From Acidothermus cellulolyticus 11B (GTDB lineage Bacteria; Actinomycetota; Actinomycetes; Acidothermales; Acidothermaceae): a stretch of 32,000 nt of DNA. The stretch covers positions 1,560,001 through 1,592,000 of the forward strand of contig NC_008578.1 in assembly GCF_000015025.1 (NCBI RefSeq). Direction: 5' to 3'. Positions 1 to 7,810 of the stretch are shown piece by piece. Position 1 is the first letter of the stretch. Each line of letters begins with the position of its first letter. Made by a program: the position numbers and the translations under genes. Under the pieces are notes generated by a model that had not been told where the DNA came from, ran no database searches, and saw only the letters and a program-made list of their open reading frames with translations.

Positions 1-195
1 CGGCGACGGGTCCAGGACGTCGATCACGTCAGCCCGGGCGAATCGCGACCGGACGTCGATGAGGCGCGCGACGACCCGTTCGCCGGGCAGCGTGTGCCGG
101 ACGAAGACCACGCGCCCCTGATGGCGGGCGACGCAGACCCCGCCGTGAGCGACCGGACCGATCGTGAGCTCGAGGCGGTCTCCGACAGCGCTCAC
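1..195 (-). CDS. TRAM-domain class I SAM-dependent RNA (uracil-5) methyltransferase, N-terminal fragment; the gene runs off the window
   Basis: Own minus-strand translation from GTG at 195 gives VSAVGDRLELTIGPVAHGGVCVARHQGRVVFVRHTLPGERVVARLIDV..., a TRAM-like N-terminus of RumA/TrmA-type enzymes. It occupies the Rv2689c-equivalent position. Its GTG overlaps the permease stop (GTGA). It is absent from the ORF track because it is truncated by the window edge. Confidence 0.6.
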   Translation of the reverse strand, partial: MSAVGDRLELTIGPVAHGGVCVARHQGRVVFVRHTLPGERVVARLIDVRSRFARADVIDVLDPSP

Positions 196-2216
196 GATTC
201 GGGCGGGCCGGGACGAGTCGGAAGCTCCACCGGGGGCCTGCCGTCGGCCGGTAGGTCGGTGGGCGATGCGGTGGCCGTGTGCCACCAGGTCGCGGCGTCC
301 TCCAGTTGCGCCGTCAGCCGTTCCGACGACTTGAGCTGGTACGGCACGCTCACCACCATCACCCCCGGGGTGAAGAGCAACCGGCCCTTGAGACGCAACG
401 CGGTCTGATTGTGCAGAAGCTGCTCCCACCACCGGCCGACGATGTATTCGGGGATGAACACGGTGATGACGTCCCGCGGGCTGCGGCGCCGGATGCTCCG
501 TAGATATTCCACGATGGGCCGGGTGATTTCGCGGTACGGCGAGGCAAGCACTTTGAGCGGCACGGGAATGCCCCGCTGCTCCCACTCCTGAACAAGCGCC
601 GCAGTCTCTTCGGGATCGACGTCGACGATGACCGCCTCCAGGACCGACGGGCGGGTCGCCCGCGCATAGGCAAGAGCCCGCAGCGCCGGCTTGTGCAGCT
701 TCGACAGCAGCACGATCGCGTGCACCCGCGCCGGCAGCGCCGTTTCGGCGTCCAGATTCGCGAAGAGCTCCCGGCTCACCGCGTCGTAATGACCGCGGAT
801 GCCGCGCATCGTCAGGAAAATCACCGACATCGCGGCGACCGAAATCCACGCCCCGGCGAGGAATTTGGTGACGAGCACGACGAAGAGCACGATCCCGGTC
901 ATCGTGGCGCCGAACGCGTTGATGGCGCGAGAGCGAATCATCCGGCGCCGTTCCGCCGCGTCCGTGACCGTGCGCAAGTGCCGGTTCCAATGCCGCACCA
1001 TGCCGATCTGGCTCGCGGTGAACGACACGAACACGCCGACGATGTACAGCTGAATGAGCCGGGTGGTCTGCGCGTCGAAGACGACGATGAGCAGGACGGC
1101 GAACCCAGCCAGCAAGATGATGCCGTTGCTGAATGCCAGCCGGTCCCCACGGTTCTGCAACTGCCGGGGCAAATACCCGTGTTTGGCGAGGATCGACCCA
1201 AGCACCGGGAAACCGTTGAACGCGGTGTTGGCCGCCATTACGAGGACGACGCCCGTCGCGGTCGCGACGAAATAGAAGCCCGGCGAAAATCCGCTGAACG
1301 CCGCCTTGGCCAGTTGGCTGATGATCGGATCCTGCCGGGCGGCGAAGCGGTGAACGTCGGTGATCCGAGCCAGCACGACGACCGAGAACATCATGGTGAC
1401 GGCGATGGTCCCGAGCAGGAGCAGCGTCGTGGCGGCGTTCTTGGACTTCGGTTCGCGGAAATTCGGTACGCCGTTGGAAATCGCTTCGACACCGGTGAGC
1501 GCGGCGCTGCCCGAAGAGAAAGCCTTGAGGATGAGGAACGCCCCCAGCAGGCCGGTCAGACCGTGCGGAAATTCCGTCGACGGCGGCACGGGTATCCGCG
1601 CCGTCTCCGCCTGCGGCAGGGTGCCGAGCGCGGCCCGGACGAAGCCGACCAGCGCCATGCCTAGGACACCGATCATGTACGCGTACGTCGGAATGGCGAA
1701 TGCCGTACCGGATTCCCGTATCCCCCGCAGGTTCATGGCCATCAGAACGACGACAAGGCCGACAGCCAGCGCCGCCGTATGCCCCTTGAGCAAAGGAATC
1801 GCCGAGGCGGCGTAGTCAGCCCCGGAGGAGATGGAGACGGCGACGGTCAGCACGTAGTCGACCATCAGCGCGCTTGCCACCACCAACCCGACGGTCGCGC
1901 CGAGGTTGTGGCTGGTGACCTCGTAGTCGCCGCCGCCGTTCGGGTAGGCCCGGACGGTCTGTCGATAGGACGCGACGACAGTCACCATGACCACCGCCAC
2001 CGCAATCGCGATCTTCCACGAGAAGGCGTACGCCGCGAAGCCGGCCGCCGAGAGGGTCAGGAAGATTTCATCGGGTGCGTACGCGACTGAGGAGAGTGCG
2101 TCGCTGGCGAAGACGGGCAGCGCGATCCGCTTCGGCAGCAGGGTTTCGCCGAGCCGGTCACTGCGGAGGGCACGGCCGACGAGGAGCCGTTTGAGGACGC
2201 CGCCGGGAAAGGGCAC
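192..2216 (-). CDS. APC-family amino acid/polyamine permease with a long soluble C-terminal domain (Rv2690c-like)
   Basis: From ORF 192..2465. The conserved N-terminus is LKRLLVGRALRSDRLGETLLPKRIALPVFASDALSSVAYAPDEI. Many hydrophobic segments are followed by about 250 aa of soluble sequence. The gene is divergent from the trkA pair, as in mycobacteria. I trimmed the start to the in-frame GTG at 2216, because the upstream 83 codons are Ala/Pro/Arg-rich and cross the divergent leader. The start remains uncertain. Confidence 0.85.
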   Translation of the reverse strand: MPFPGGVLKRLLVGRALRSDRLGETLLPKRIALPVFASDALSSVAYAPDEIFLTLSAAGFAAYAFSWKIAIAVAVVMVTVVASYRQTVRAYPNGGGDYEVTSHNLGATVGLVVASALMVDYVLTVAVSISSGADYAASAIPLLKGHTAALAVGLVVVLMAMNLRGIRESGTAFAIPTYAYMIGVLGMALVGFVRAALGTLPQAETARIPVPPSTEFPHGLTGLLGAFLILKAFSSGSAALTGVEAISNGVPNFREPKSKNAATTLLLLGTIAVTMMFSVVVLARITDVHRFAARQDPIISQLAKAAFSGFSPGFYFVATATGVVLVMAANTAFNGFPVLGSILAKHGYLPRQLQNRGDRLAFSNGIILLAGFAVLLIVVFDAQTTRLIQLYIVGVFVSFTASQIGMVRHWNRHLRTVTDAAERRRMIRSRAINAFGATMTGIVLFVVLVTKFLAGAWISVAAMSVIFLTMRGIRGHYDAVSRELFANLDAETALPARVHAIVLLSKLHKPALRALAYARATRPSVLEAVIVDVDPEETAALVQEWEQRGIPVPLKVLASPYREITRPIVEYLRSIRRRSPRDVITVFIPEYIVGRWWEQLLHNQTALRLKGRLLFTPGVMVVSVPYQLKSSERLTAQLEDAATWWHTATASPTDLPADGRPPVELPTRPGPPES

Positions 2217-2352
2217 GCGGACGATGGTAGCGAGCGGTCTCCGCGCGCAGTGCGCGGCAGCTCCAGAACATCGGGGTCTTGCCGACCTCCGGCCCAGCGC
2301 GTGCCACGATGGACCCGGTTCGCGACACGCCGGCACCCCGAAGGAGTCCACC

Positions 2353-2475
2353 ATGTCAGGCGGCCATCCGATGACGGTCGACGGCGGCGGCGCAACGGCA
2401 CCCGTGAGCGCGGGTTGCGTCATCCGACCTGTGAGCGCGGGTTGCGCCATCCTGAAAGAGAGCACCGGAAAGTAG
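2353..2475 (+). CDS. Candidate 40-aa upstream small ORF (MSGGHPMTVDGGGATAPVSAGCVIRPVSAGCAILKESTGK)
   Basis: AAGGAG at 2341-2346 lies 6 nt upstream of ATG 2353. TAG at 2473-2475 lies 13 nt before the trkA GTG. The ORF contains the 27-bp tandem repeat read in frame as PVSAGC(V/A)I(R/L). Codon-position GC bias is only weak. Confidence 0.25.
   Translation: MSGGHPMTVDGGGATAPVSAGCVIRPVSAGCAILKESTGK
2401..2454. repeat. 27-bp tandem direct repeat x2 in the permease/trkA divergent spacer
   Basis: The two units are cccgtgagcgcgggttgcgtcatccga and cctgtgagcgcgggttgcgccatcctg, matching at 23 of 27 positions. Confidence 0.9.
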
Positions 2476-2488
2476 GCGACAAGACACC

Positions 2489-3163
2489 GTGCACGTGGTA
2501 ATCCTCGGGTGCGGCCGGGTAGGCGCCACCCTCGCCAACAGCCTGGAACGGCTGGGTCACTCGGTCGCCATCATCGACCAGGACGCCCACGCTTTTCGCC
2601 GATTGCCGCCGGATTTCCGCGGGCGGAAAGTCCACGGTTTCGGCTTGCACCGAAGCGTGCTCGAAGAATCCGGCATCCGGCACGCGAGCGCATTCGCCGC
2701 CGTGAGCAACGGCGACAACTCGAACATCATTTCGGCCCGGTTGGCGCGTGAGGTCTTCGGCGTCGAGAACGTGGTCGCCCGCATCTACGACATCCGGCGC
2801 GCCGAGATTTACCAGCGGCTCGGCATTCCTACCGTCGCGACGGTCAAGTGGACCGCCGACCAGATCCTGCGCCGACTGCTGCCCTCCGGTCTGCAGACCG
2901 TGTGGCGGGACCCGACCGGCACGATGGCGCTCGGCGAAGTCCACGTCGATCCCTCGTGGATCGGCCGTCCGCTGACCGAATTGGAAGGGGCCGCCGGCGC
3001 CCGGATCGCATTTGTCACCCGATTCGGCGCCGGGGTTCTGCCGACGCCGGAGACCGTGCTGCAAGAGGGCGACCTCGTCTACCTGCTGGCCCCGGAGACC
3101 CACCTCCGCGAGGCGGCCGAGATCCTGGGCCGGCCACGGGAAGCAGAGCGGGAACATGCGTAA
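2489..3163 (+). CDS. trkA: TrkA-family K+ uptake regulatory protein (TrkA-N/TrkA-C; CeoB-like)
   Basis: GTG start at 2489. The Rossmann motif VVILGCGRVGATLANSLERLGHSVAIIDQD is present, followed by a C-terminal TrkA-C-like region. It is paired with a second TrkA gene, as ceoB/ceoC are in M. tuberculosis. Confidence 0.9.
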   Translation: MHVVILGCGRVGATLANSLERLGHSVAIIDQDAHAFRRLPPDFRGRKVHGFGLHRSVLEESGIRHASAFAAVSNGDNSNIISARLAREVFGVENVVARIYDIRRAEIYQRLGIPTVATVKWTADQILRRLLPSGLQTVWRDPTGTMALGEVHVDPSWIGRPLTELEGAAGARIAFVTRFGAGVLPTPETVLQEGDLVYLLAPETHLREAAEILGRPREAEREHA

Positions 3164-3238
3164 TCGTCCGCAGGCCAGCGCAGGGCGTAATCGTCCGCAC
3201 GCCAACGCCGGGCAGAATCGCCCACACACCAACCCAGA
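3158..3238. repeat. 27-bp tandem repeat x3 (decaying) filling the trkA1-trkA2 spacer
   Basis: The units are gcgtaatcgtccgcaggccagcgcagg, gcgtaatcgtccgcacgccaacgccgg and gcagaatcgcccacacaccaacccaga. Identity is 24/27 for the first pair and 19/27 for the second. Unit 1 contains the trkA1 TAA stop, and unit 2 carries a second in-frame TAA. Confidence 0.9.
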
Positions 3239-3253
3239 ACCGAGGTGTCCCCG

Positions 3254-3955
3254 ATGCGAGTAGCGATTGCCGGCGCGGGAGCTGTCGGCCGGTCCATCGC
3301 CGCGGAACTGGTGGAGAACGGCCACGAAGTACTCCTCATCGACAAGGACAGCAAGGCCATCGACGTCGACGCCATCCCCCGCGCGGAGTGGATGCTCGCC
3401 GACGCGTGCGAAATCGCCAGCCTCGACGAAGTCGGACTCGACCGGTGCCATGTCGTGGTCGCCGCCACCGGCGACGACAAGGTGAATCTGGTGGTGTCAC
3501 TGCTGGCGAAGACGGAGTACGGCGTCCCCCGGGTGGTTGCGCGCGTCAACGACCCGGTCAATGAATGGCTCTTTGACGAGTCCTGGGGGGTGGATGTCGC
3601 GGTGTCCACCCCGCGTCTGCTCTCCGCACTGGTCGAGGAAGCCGTGAGCGTTGGAGATCTCGTACGGCTCATGACCTTCCGCCGCGGCCAGGCGAACCTC
3701 GTCGAGTGGACCCTGCCGCCAAGCGCACCGTTGATCGGCAAGAGGGTCGGCTCCGTTTCGTGGCCGCCGGACACCGCGCTCGTCGTCATCCTCCGCGACG
3801 GACGGGTCATCGTACCCAGCCCGGACGATCCACTCGAGGGCGGCGACGAGCTGCTCTTCGTCGCCGCCCCGGAAGTGGAGGAACAGCTCCGTGCCTTGCT
3901 GCTCCGTGGTTCGCAGCCCCCGTCCGACCAGGCGGCCGCCGCCGGCGCACGGTAA
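3254..3955 (+). CDS. trkA: TrkA-family K+ uptake regulatory protein, second paralogue (CeoC-like)
   Basis: The N-terminus reads MRVAIAGAGAVGRSIAAELVENGHEVLLIDKD. GAGGTG lies 6 nt upstream of ATG 3254. The track ORF starts 9 nt earlier, at 3245. Confidence 0.9.
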   Translation: MRVAIAGAGAVGRSIAAELVENGHEVLLIDKDSKAIDVDAIPRAEWMLADACEIASLDEVGLDRCHVVVAATGDDKVNLVVSLLAKTEYGVPRVVARVNDPVNEWLFDESWGVDVAVSTPRLLSALVEEAVSVGDLVRLMTFRRGQANLVEWTLPPSAPLIGKRVGSVSWPPDTALVVILRDGRVIVPSPDDPLEGGDELLFVAAPEVEEQLRALLLRGSQPPSDQAAAAGAR

Positions 3956-4005
3956 GCGTCACCGTCGCGTGCGCCACACCGCCGCTCGTCGGCACGTCGT
4001 GCTGA

Positions 4006-4407
4006 TCAGCTGCGGAGTGCGTGCGCGGAGAGCAATTCGTACCGCGGATTGAAGATCACTCGACGGCCGTCCTCGCGACGGGTGATCCGCCCTTCGACTT
4101 TCAGACTCCGCCCCGGCTCGATGCCCGGGATACGCCGCCGTCCGATCCAGACGATGTCCACACTGCCCGTACCGTCCCACAGCTCGGCTTGCAGCGCGGG
4201 TGCCTGCCCTTGCGGCTGAATGGTCACTGTCCGGAGCATGCCGACGAGGGTCACCGGAACCCGGTCCGGAGAGTCCCCGACGGGGGTGCAACCGGTTTCC
4301 CGGGCCAGTTCCTGATGCTCCTCGGCGTCCAGCTCCAACTCCGAGCTGGTCAAACGGTGCAGCACGCGGCGCAGGAGACCGCCGTCCCGATCATTCCGTG
4401 TTCCCAT
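4006..4407 (-). CDS. OB-fold nucleic-acid-binding domain protein (Rv2694c-like)
   Basis: 133 aa, with VTLVGMLRTVTIQPQGQAPALQAELWDGTGSVDIVWIGRRRIPGIEPGRSLKVEGR, typical of the conserved actinobacterial OB-fold protein located beside trkA and dut. Confidence 0.75.
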   Translation of the reverse strand: MGTRNDRDGGLLRRVLHRLTSSELELDAEEHQELARETGCTPVGDSPDRVPVTLVGMLRTVTIQPQGQAPALQAELWDGTGSVDIVWIGRRRIPGIEPGRSLKVEGRITRREDGRRVIFNPRYELLSAHALRS

Positions 4408-4482
4408 CAGGTATCAAGCCTACGCGCCCGCTGCGGACAGTCTCCGCAGGGTGAGATCGTTGATCGCGACAGTGCCTCACGC

Positions 4483-5172
4483 CTAGACATGCGGGGTGGG
4501 CGGCAGCCGAAGCGGCAGCGGATCCCGCGGCGCCATCGGTTCACCGCCCCGGACGACGACCACCCGCAGGACCAGCTGTTCCAGCAAATCCGCGGCACTC
4601 CGGTCGGTCGCCGCCGGTCCGCTGAACGTTGCCCGCAAGAACCATCGCGGACCGTCAAAACCAACGAACCGCACAGGCTGGGTCACCTCGCGGCCCTCCG
4701 GAGTCACCTGCCGGACGGTCGCAGCCAGTTCCGGTCCGAACGGGCCGGTGACCTCGCGGGCCGACCCACCGCCCTGCCGGACCAGTTCGGCGATTTCCCG
4801 CCGGACGTCGTCCCAGACCCCTTCCCCCCGCGGCGCGGCGAATGGGATGAGCTGTACGCCACCACGCGGTGACACGAGGCTGACGGCGATCGGCTGACGC
4901 TGCTCGTTCAGCTCGACCCGCACCTCGACACCGGGGACGACCGGGACCCGGAGCGCGCCGAGATCCAGCCGGGTGAGGGTGGCGTCGGCGTCCGGCCCCA
5001 CTTCGCCGGCGTCCAACGGACGGCGCATCGCATCGGGCGAGGTGGACGCTGTCCGCGCGTCGGACGAGCCGGCCGGTTCGCCGTCGGCCGGCCGTTCATC
5101 GGCCACCTCATCGCCCGGCTCAAGACTCGCCTCGAGATCCGGTTCGTCGCGGCGTCGCCGGAACAGCGCCAT
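4483..5172 (-). CDS. DUF3710-family protein (Rv2696c-like)
   Basis: 229 aa with an acidic, low-complexity N-terminus and a conserved C-terminal body. Its ATG overlaps the dut stop by one nucleotide (TGATG). Confidence 0.7.
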   Translation of the reverse strand: MALFRRRRDEPDLEASLEPGDEVADERPADGEPAGSSDARTASTSPDAMRRPLDAGEVGPDADATLTRLDLGALRVPVVPGVEVRVELNEQRQPIAVSLVSPRGGVQLIPFAAPRGEGVWDDVRREIAELVRQGGGSAREVTGPFGPELAATVRQVTPEGREVTQPVRFVGFDGPRWFLRATFSGPAATDRSAADLLEQLVLRVVVVRGGEPMAPRDPLPLRLPPTPHV

Positions 5173-5687
5173 CAGAGTCCTCCCGATGGGACCACGGTTG
5201 GGTCCGCTACGGAGCGGCGATCCTGGAATCCGCCGGTCGAACCGTGCCCGTCGGTGCCACGCTCCGAGCCCGGCAGGACCTCCGCTTCGACGAACCGGGC
5301 ACGTTCGACCCGCTGGATCACCAGCTGGGCAATCCGATCACCGCGGCGCAGCTGGATCGCCTCCCGTGGATCGAGATTGACCACGATCACCTTGATTTCC
5401 CCGCGGTACCCCGCGTCGATCGTGCCTGGAGCGTTCACCAGTCCGAGGCCGCAGCGGGCGGCCAACCCGGACCGCGGATGCACGAACGCGGCGTACCCGT
5501 CGGGAAGGGCAATCGCGATCCCGGTGGGGACGACGGCACGCTCGCCGGGTGCCAGTGCCACGTCGATCGTCGTGACCAGGTCCGCGCCGGCGTCCCCCGG
5601 GTGGGCGTACGCCGGAAGCGGAACCTCAGGGTCCAGCCGCTGGATCAGGACCGGAAGCACATCAGGAGACGGGCTCGGCTCATCCAT
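5172..5687 (-). CDS. dut: dUTP diphosphatase (dUTPase)
   Basis: Motifs seen: [30 protein letters not shown] and a C-terminal GHGSTGGF. I trimmed the start to ATG 5687, which is preceded by GGAGG. The track ORF extends to 5846. Confidence 0.93.
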   Translation of the reverse strand: MDEPSPSPDVLPVLIQRLDPEVPLPAYAHPGDAGADLVTTIDVALAPGERAVVPTGIAIALPDGYAAFVHPRSGLAARCGLGLVNAPGTIDAGYRGEIKVIVVNLDPREAIQLRRGDRIAQLVIQRVERARFVEAEVLPGSERGTDGHGSTGGFQDRRSVADPTVVPSGGL

Positions 5688-5879
5688 CCTCCGGGTCCTC
5701 CTTCGCACCGTCGCATCACGCTCGACACCGCCGCGCTGCTGACCTGTTGCCGCGCTGCTGGCCTGCCGCCGCGAGAGCCGACGCTGACCGGTCTGCGCGG
5801 CCTGCAGCACACCCGGTGCCACGGCGCTCCTGCCGCTGCAGCGCACCCGGCGGCCGGCGCCGCTCGTAGCCTAGGGAGC

Positions 5880-6431
5880 ATGCCGGGCGAGTTCGCTTCC
5901 GACCCCGCTGCCGACGGCCGGCAGCATGCGCCACCCGGCGACGAGAGCCTGCGGTATCGAGAGCACCGACGGGTGCCGTGGTGGTGGTGGCTTGTCGGAG
6001 CGCTCTTCGTCGTACCAAGCGTGGAGATTGTCGTCGTCTTCGGCCCGGAGTTCTCGCGCCGGCCCACCGTCGGCATGGCCGTCGGCGGCCTCGTCGCGTC
6101 GTTTCTGCTGTTGGTTGTGATCTTCGGGACGGCGTCCCGCTCCACGATCGACGTCACTGCCGCCGGCCTGCGGGTCGGCCGGTCCACGCTCCCGGCCGCG
6201 CACATCGGCCGGGTCCGGGTGTTGGACCGGAACGCAATGCGGCTGATCACCGGCCCGCAGGCCCGCGCGGACGCCGTCCTTCGGCTCCTGCCGTGGCTGC
6301 ACGAGGCGGTACAGATCGAAACGCCCGGCCGGCCGGAGCCGTATTGGGTCGTCGCAACGAAGCGACCCGCGGCGTTGGCTGCAGCACTGACGCAGGTTCA
6401 GGCGGCCGCGCACTCCCGGCAGATCATCTGA
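5880..6431 (+). CDS. DUF3093-family membrane protein (Rv2698-like)
   Basis: The WWWWLVGALFVVPSVEIVVVF and VGGLVASFLLLVVIFG hydrophobic pair is followed by IDVTAAGLRVGRSTLPAAHIG. The start is taken at ATG 5880 inside the long track ORF 5244..6431. Confidence 0.7.
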   Translation: MPGEFASDPAADGRQHAPPGDESLRYREHRRVPWWWWLVGALFVVPSVEIVVVFGPEFSRRPTVGMAVGGLVASFLLLVVIFGTASRSTIDVTAAGLRVGRSTLPAAHIGRVRVLDRNAMRLITGPQARADAVLRLLPWLHEAVQIETPGRPEPYWVVATKRPAALAAALTQVQAAAHSRQII

Positions 6432-6700
6432 TTGCCGTCGCTGATCGCCAGCTGGCTGCGGTGATGAACGAGGAAGCACCGGGTGCAGGTGAACTCGTCG
6501 GCCTGCCGAGGCAGCACCCGGACGGTGAGCTCTTCGTTCGAAAGATCCGCGCCAGGAAGCTCAAATGACTCGGCCAGTTCGGCCTCGTCACCTTCGTACA
6601 GGCCGGTCTGCCGGTCGGCGCGCCGGGCCTTGAGCTCTTCCAGGCTGTCCTCGCCGAGGTCGTCGTCGACCTTACGAGGGGTGTCGTAGTCGGTCGCCAT
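6398..6700 (-). CDS. DUF4193-family protein (Rv2699c-like)
   Basis: The sequence is MATDYDTPRKVDDDLGEDSLEELKARR...FTCTRCFLVHHRSQL...ICRECAA. An acidic N-terminus is followed by a CxxC...CxxC zinc-ribbon-like end. GAGGA lies upstream of ATG 6700. Confidence 0.8.
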   Translation of the reverse strand: MATDYDTPRKVDDDLGEDSLEELKARRADRQTGLYEGDEAELAESFELPGADLSNEELTVRVLPRQADEFTCTRCFLVHHRSQLAISDGNQMICRECAAA

Positions 6701-6961
6701 AGCGGTCGTCCTCGCTTCTTTGGTCGTCTCGTGCCTACCGTGATGAGACGGTGGCGCGCAATGTAACGCCGAAACGGCTCGGGTTGTGCCCGATCCGAGG
6801 GGCAGATTCTGCCACGACTTCGCCGCCGACGGCGACTCGCCGCGCACTCCACACCTGCGTGAGACCGGTCACAGTCCGCTGGCCGGCGCGGATATGATCG
6901 CCGGGACTCATCGGACGGTTGCCTGTCTTCCTGAGAAAAGTCGCTGGTTTTCTGCAAAAAT

Positions 6962-7810
6962 CTACGCAAAGTAGCTGAGTGGCGACGCACTGTCGTGCGT
7001 CTCGACCTCATCGGCGCCCAGCGCCGCCAGCAGCTCCTGCAGCGCGTCGAAGATCCCTGGGGTGGCGGCCAGCACGAGCCGATTGGACGGCGGCGCGCCA
7101 CGGAGGCCGGCGACCCGGGCGCCGGCTTCGGCGGCGATGAGACCCGCTGCGGCGAAATCCCAGAGGTTGAGACCCTGCTCAAAATACGCGTCGAACCGGC
7201 CGCAGGCCACCGCACACAGGTCCAGCGCTGCGGAACCCAACCGACGAATGTCGCGGACGACGGGAAGGACGCCGGTCAGCACCTCCGCCTGCCGGGCGCG
7301 TCGGGAGGCCGCATACCCGAATCCGGTGCCCACCAACGCCTGCCCCAGCTCATGACACTCCCGGACCTGGACCGGCCGGTCGCCCAACCGGGCGCCCTCG
7401 CCACGGATCGCGGTGAAGAGCTCGTCCTTGCAAGGGTCGAAGACCACCCCTGCGACGATCACGCCGTCCACCTCAACGGCGATCGACACCGCCCACTGCG
7501 GGATGCCGTACAGGTAATTGACGGTGCCGTCGATGGGATCCACGATCCACCGGACACCGCCGGCTCCCGATGCGGCACCGCCCCCGCCCTCCTCGCCGAG
7601 GATGTCATCCGCGGGACGCCTTTCGTGAATGCGCCGGCGGATTAGCTGCTCGGCGGCGGTGTCCATTTCGGTGACCACGTCGGTCGGGCTCGACTTTGTC
7701 GCGATTTCCAGGGCGTGGTCCGATCCGGTGCGCAGAAATTCCCCGGCCTCCCGGGCGACGGCCACCGCGAGGGCGGCAAGCTCGGCGACGTCCGCGCCCA
7801 TCGCCGTCAC
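6962..7810 (-). CDS. suhB: Inositol monophosphatase family protein (SuhB/ImpA-like)
   Basis: Motifs seen: KSSPTDVVTEMD, WIVDPIDGT(V)NY and WDFAAG. It occupies the Rv2701c-equivalent position. Its GTG start forms a GTGA overlap with the S9 peptidase stop. ATG 7801 is an alternative start. Confidence 0.88.
   Translation of the reverse strand: MTAMGADVAELAALAVAVAREAGEFLRTGSDHALEIATKSSPTDVVTEMDTAAEQLIRRRIHERRPADDILGEEGGGGAASGAGGVRWIVDPIDGTVNYLYGIPQWAVSIAVEVDGVIVAGVVFDPCKDELFTAIRGEGARLGDRPVQVRECHELGQALVGTGFGYAASRRARQAEVLTGVLPVVRDIRRLGSAALDLCAVACGRFDAYFEQGLNLWDFAAAGLIAAEAGARVAGLRGAPPSNRLVLAATPGIFDALQELLAALGADEVETHDSASPLSYFA

Noticed and set aside
94-408. A 104-aa plus-strand ORF at the left edge.
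   Set aside because: It lies antisense to the methyltransferase N-terminus and the permease C-terminus, and its product is Ser/Gly/Asp-rich with no motif.
693-1664. A 323-aa plus-strand ORF, with several shorter ones, inside the permease gene. The track contains similar antisense or off-frame ORFs, for example 2420..3451, 3079..3810, 8515..9351, 9995..11218, 11242..12240, 14821..15753, 24888..25823, 27805..28773 and 28533..29300.
   Set aside because: All of them have Arg/Pro/Gly/Asp-rich low-complexity translations. Each overlaps a gene on the other strand or frame that has strong domain evidence.
2401-3238. A CRISPR-like interpretation of the tandem repeats.
   Set aside because: There are only 2-3 directly abutting copies with no unique spacers. 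The units decay in sequence, and no cas genes are present in the window.
3156-3263. A 35-codon ORF reading the trkA spacer repeats as RNRPQASAG/RNRPHANAG/QNRPHTNPE and ending in CPRC.
   Set aside because: It would parallel the sORF upstream of trkA1, but it lacks a proper SD. It also has low third-position G+C (about 63% by my count) and overlaps both the trkA1 stop and the trkA2 start. I mention it only as an alternative reading of the repeat.
5688-5846. Long N-terminal extensions in the track ORFs for dut. The same applies to ferrochelatase (11045..11245), DUF4193 (6701..6847), DUF3093 (5244..5879), M48 (27563..27616) and the sulfurtransferase (22363..22428).
   Set aside because: The extensions are Arg/Ala/Pro-rich and lack homology-like sequence. 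They often cross divergent neighbours. Internal starts with an SD or conserved N-termini fit better.
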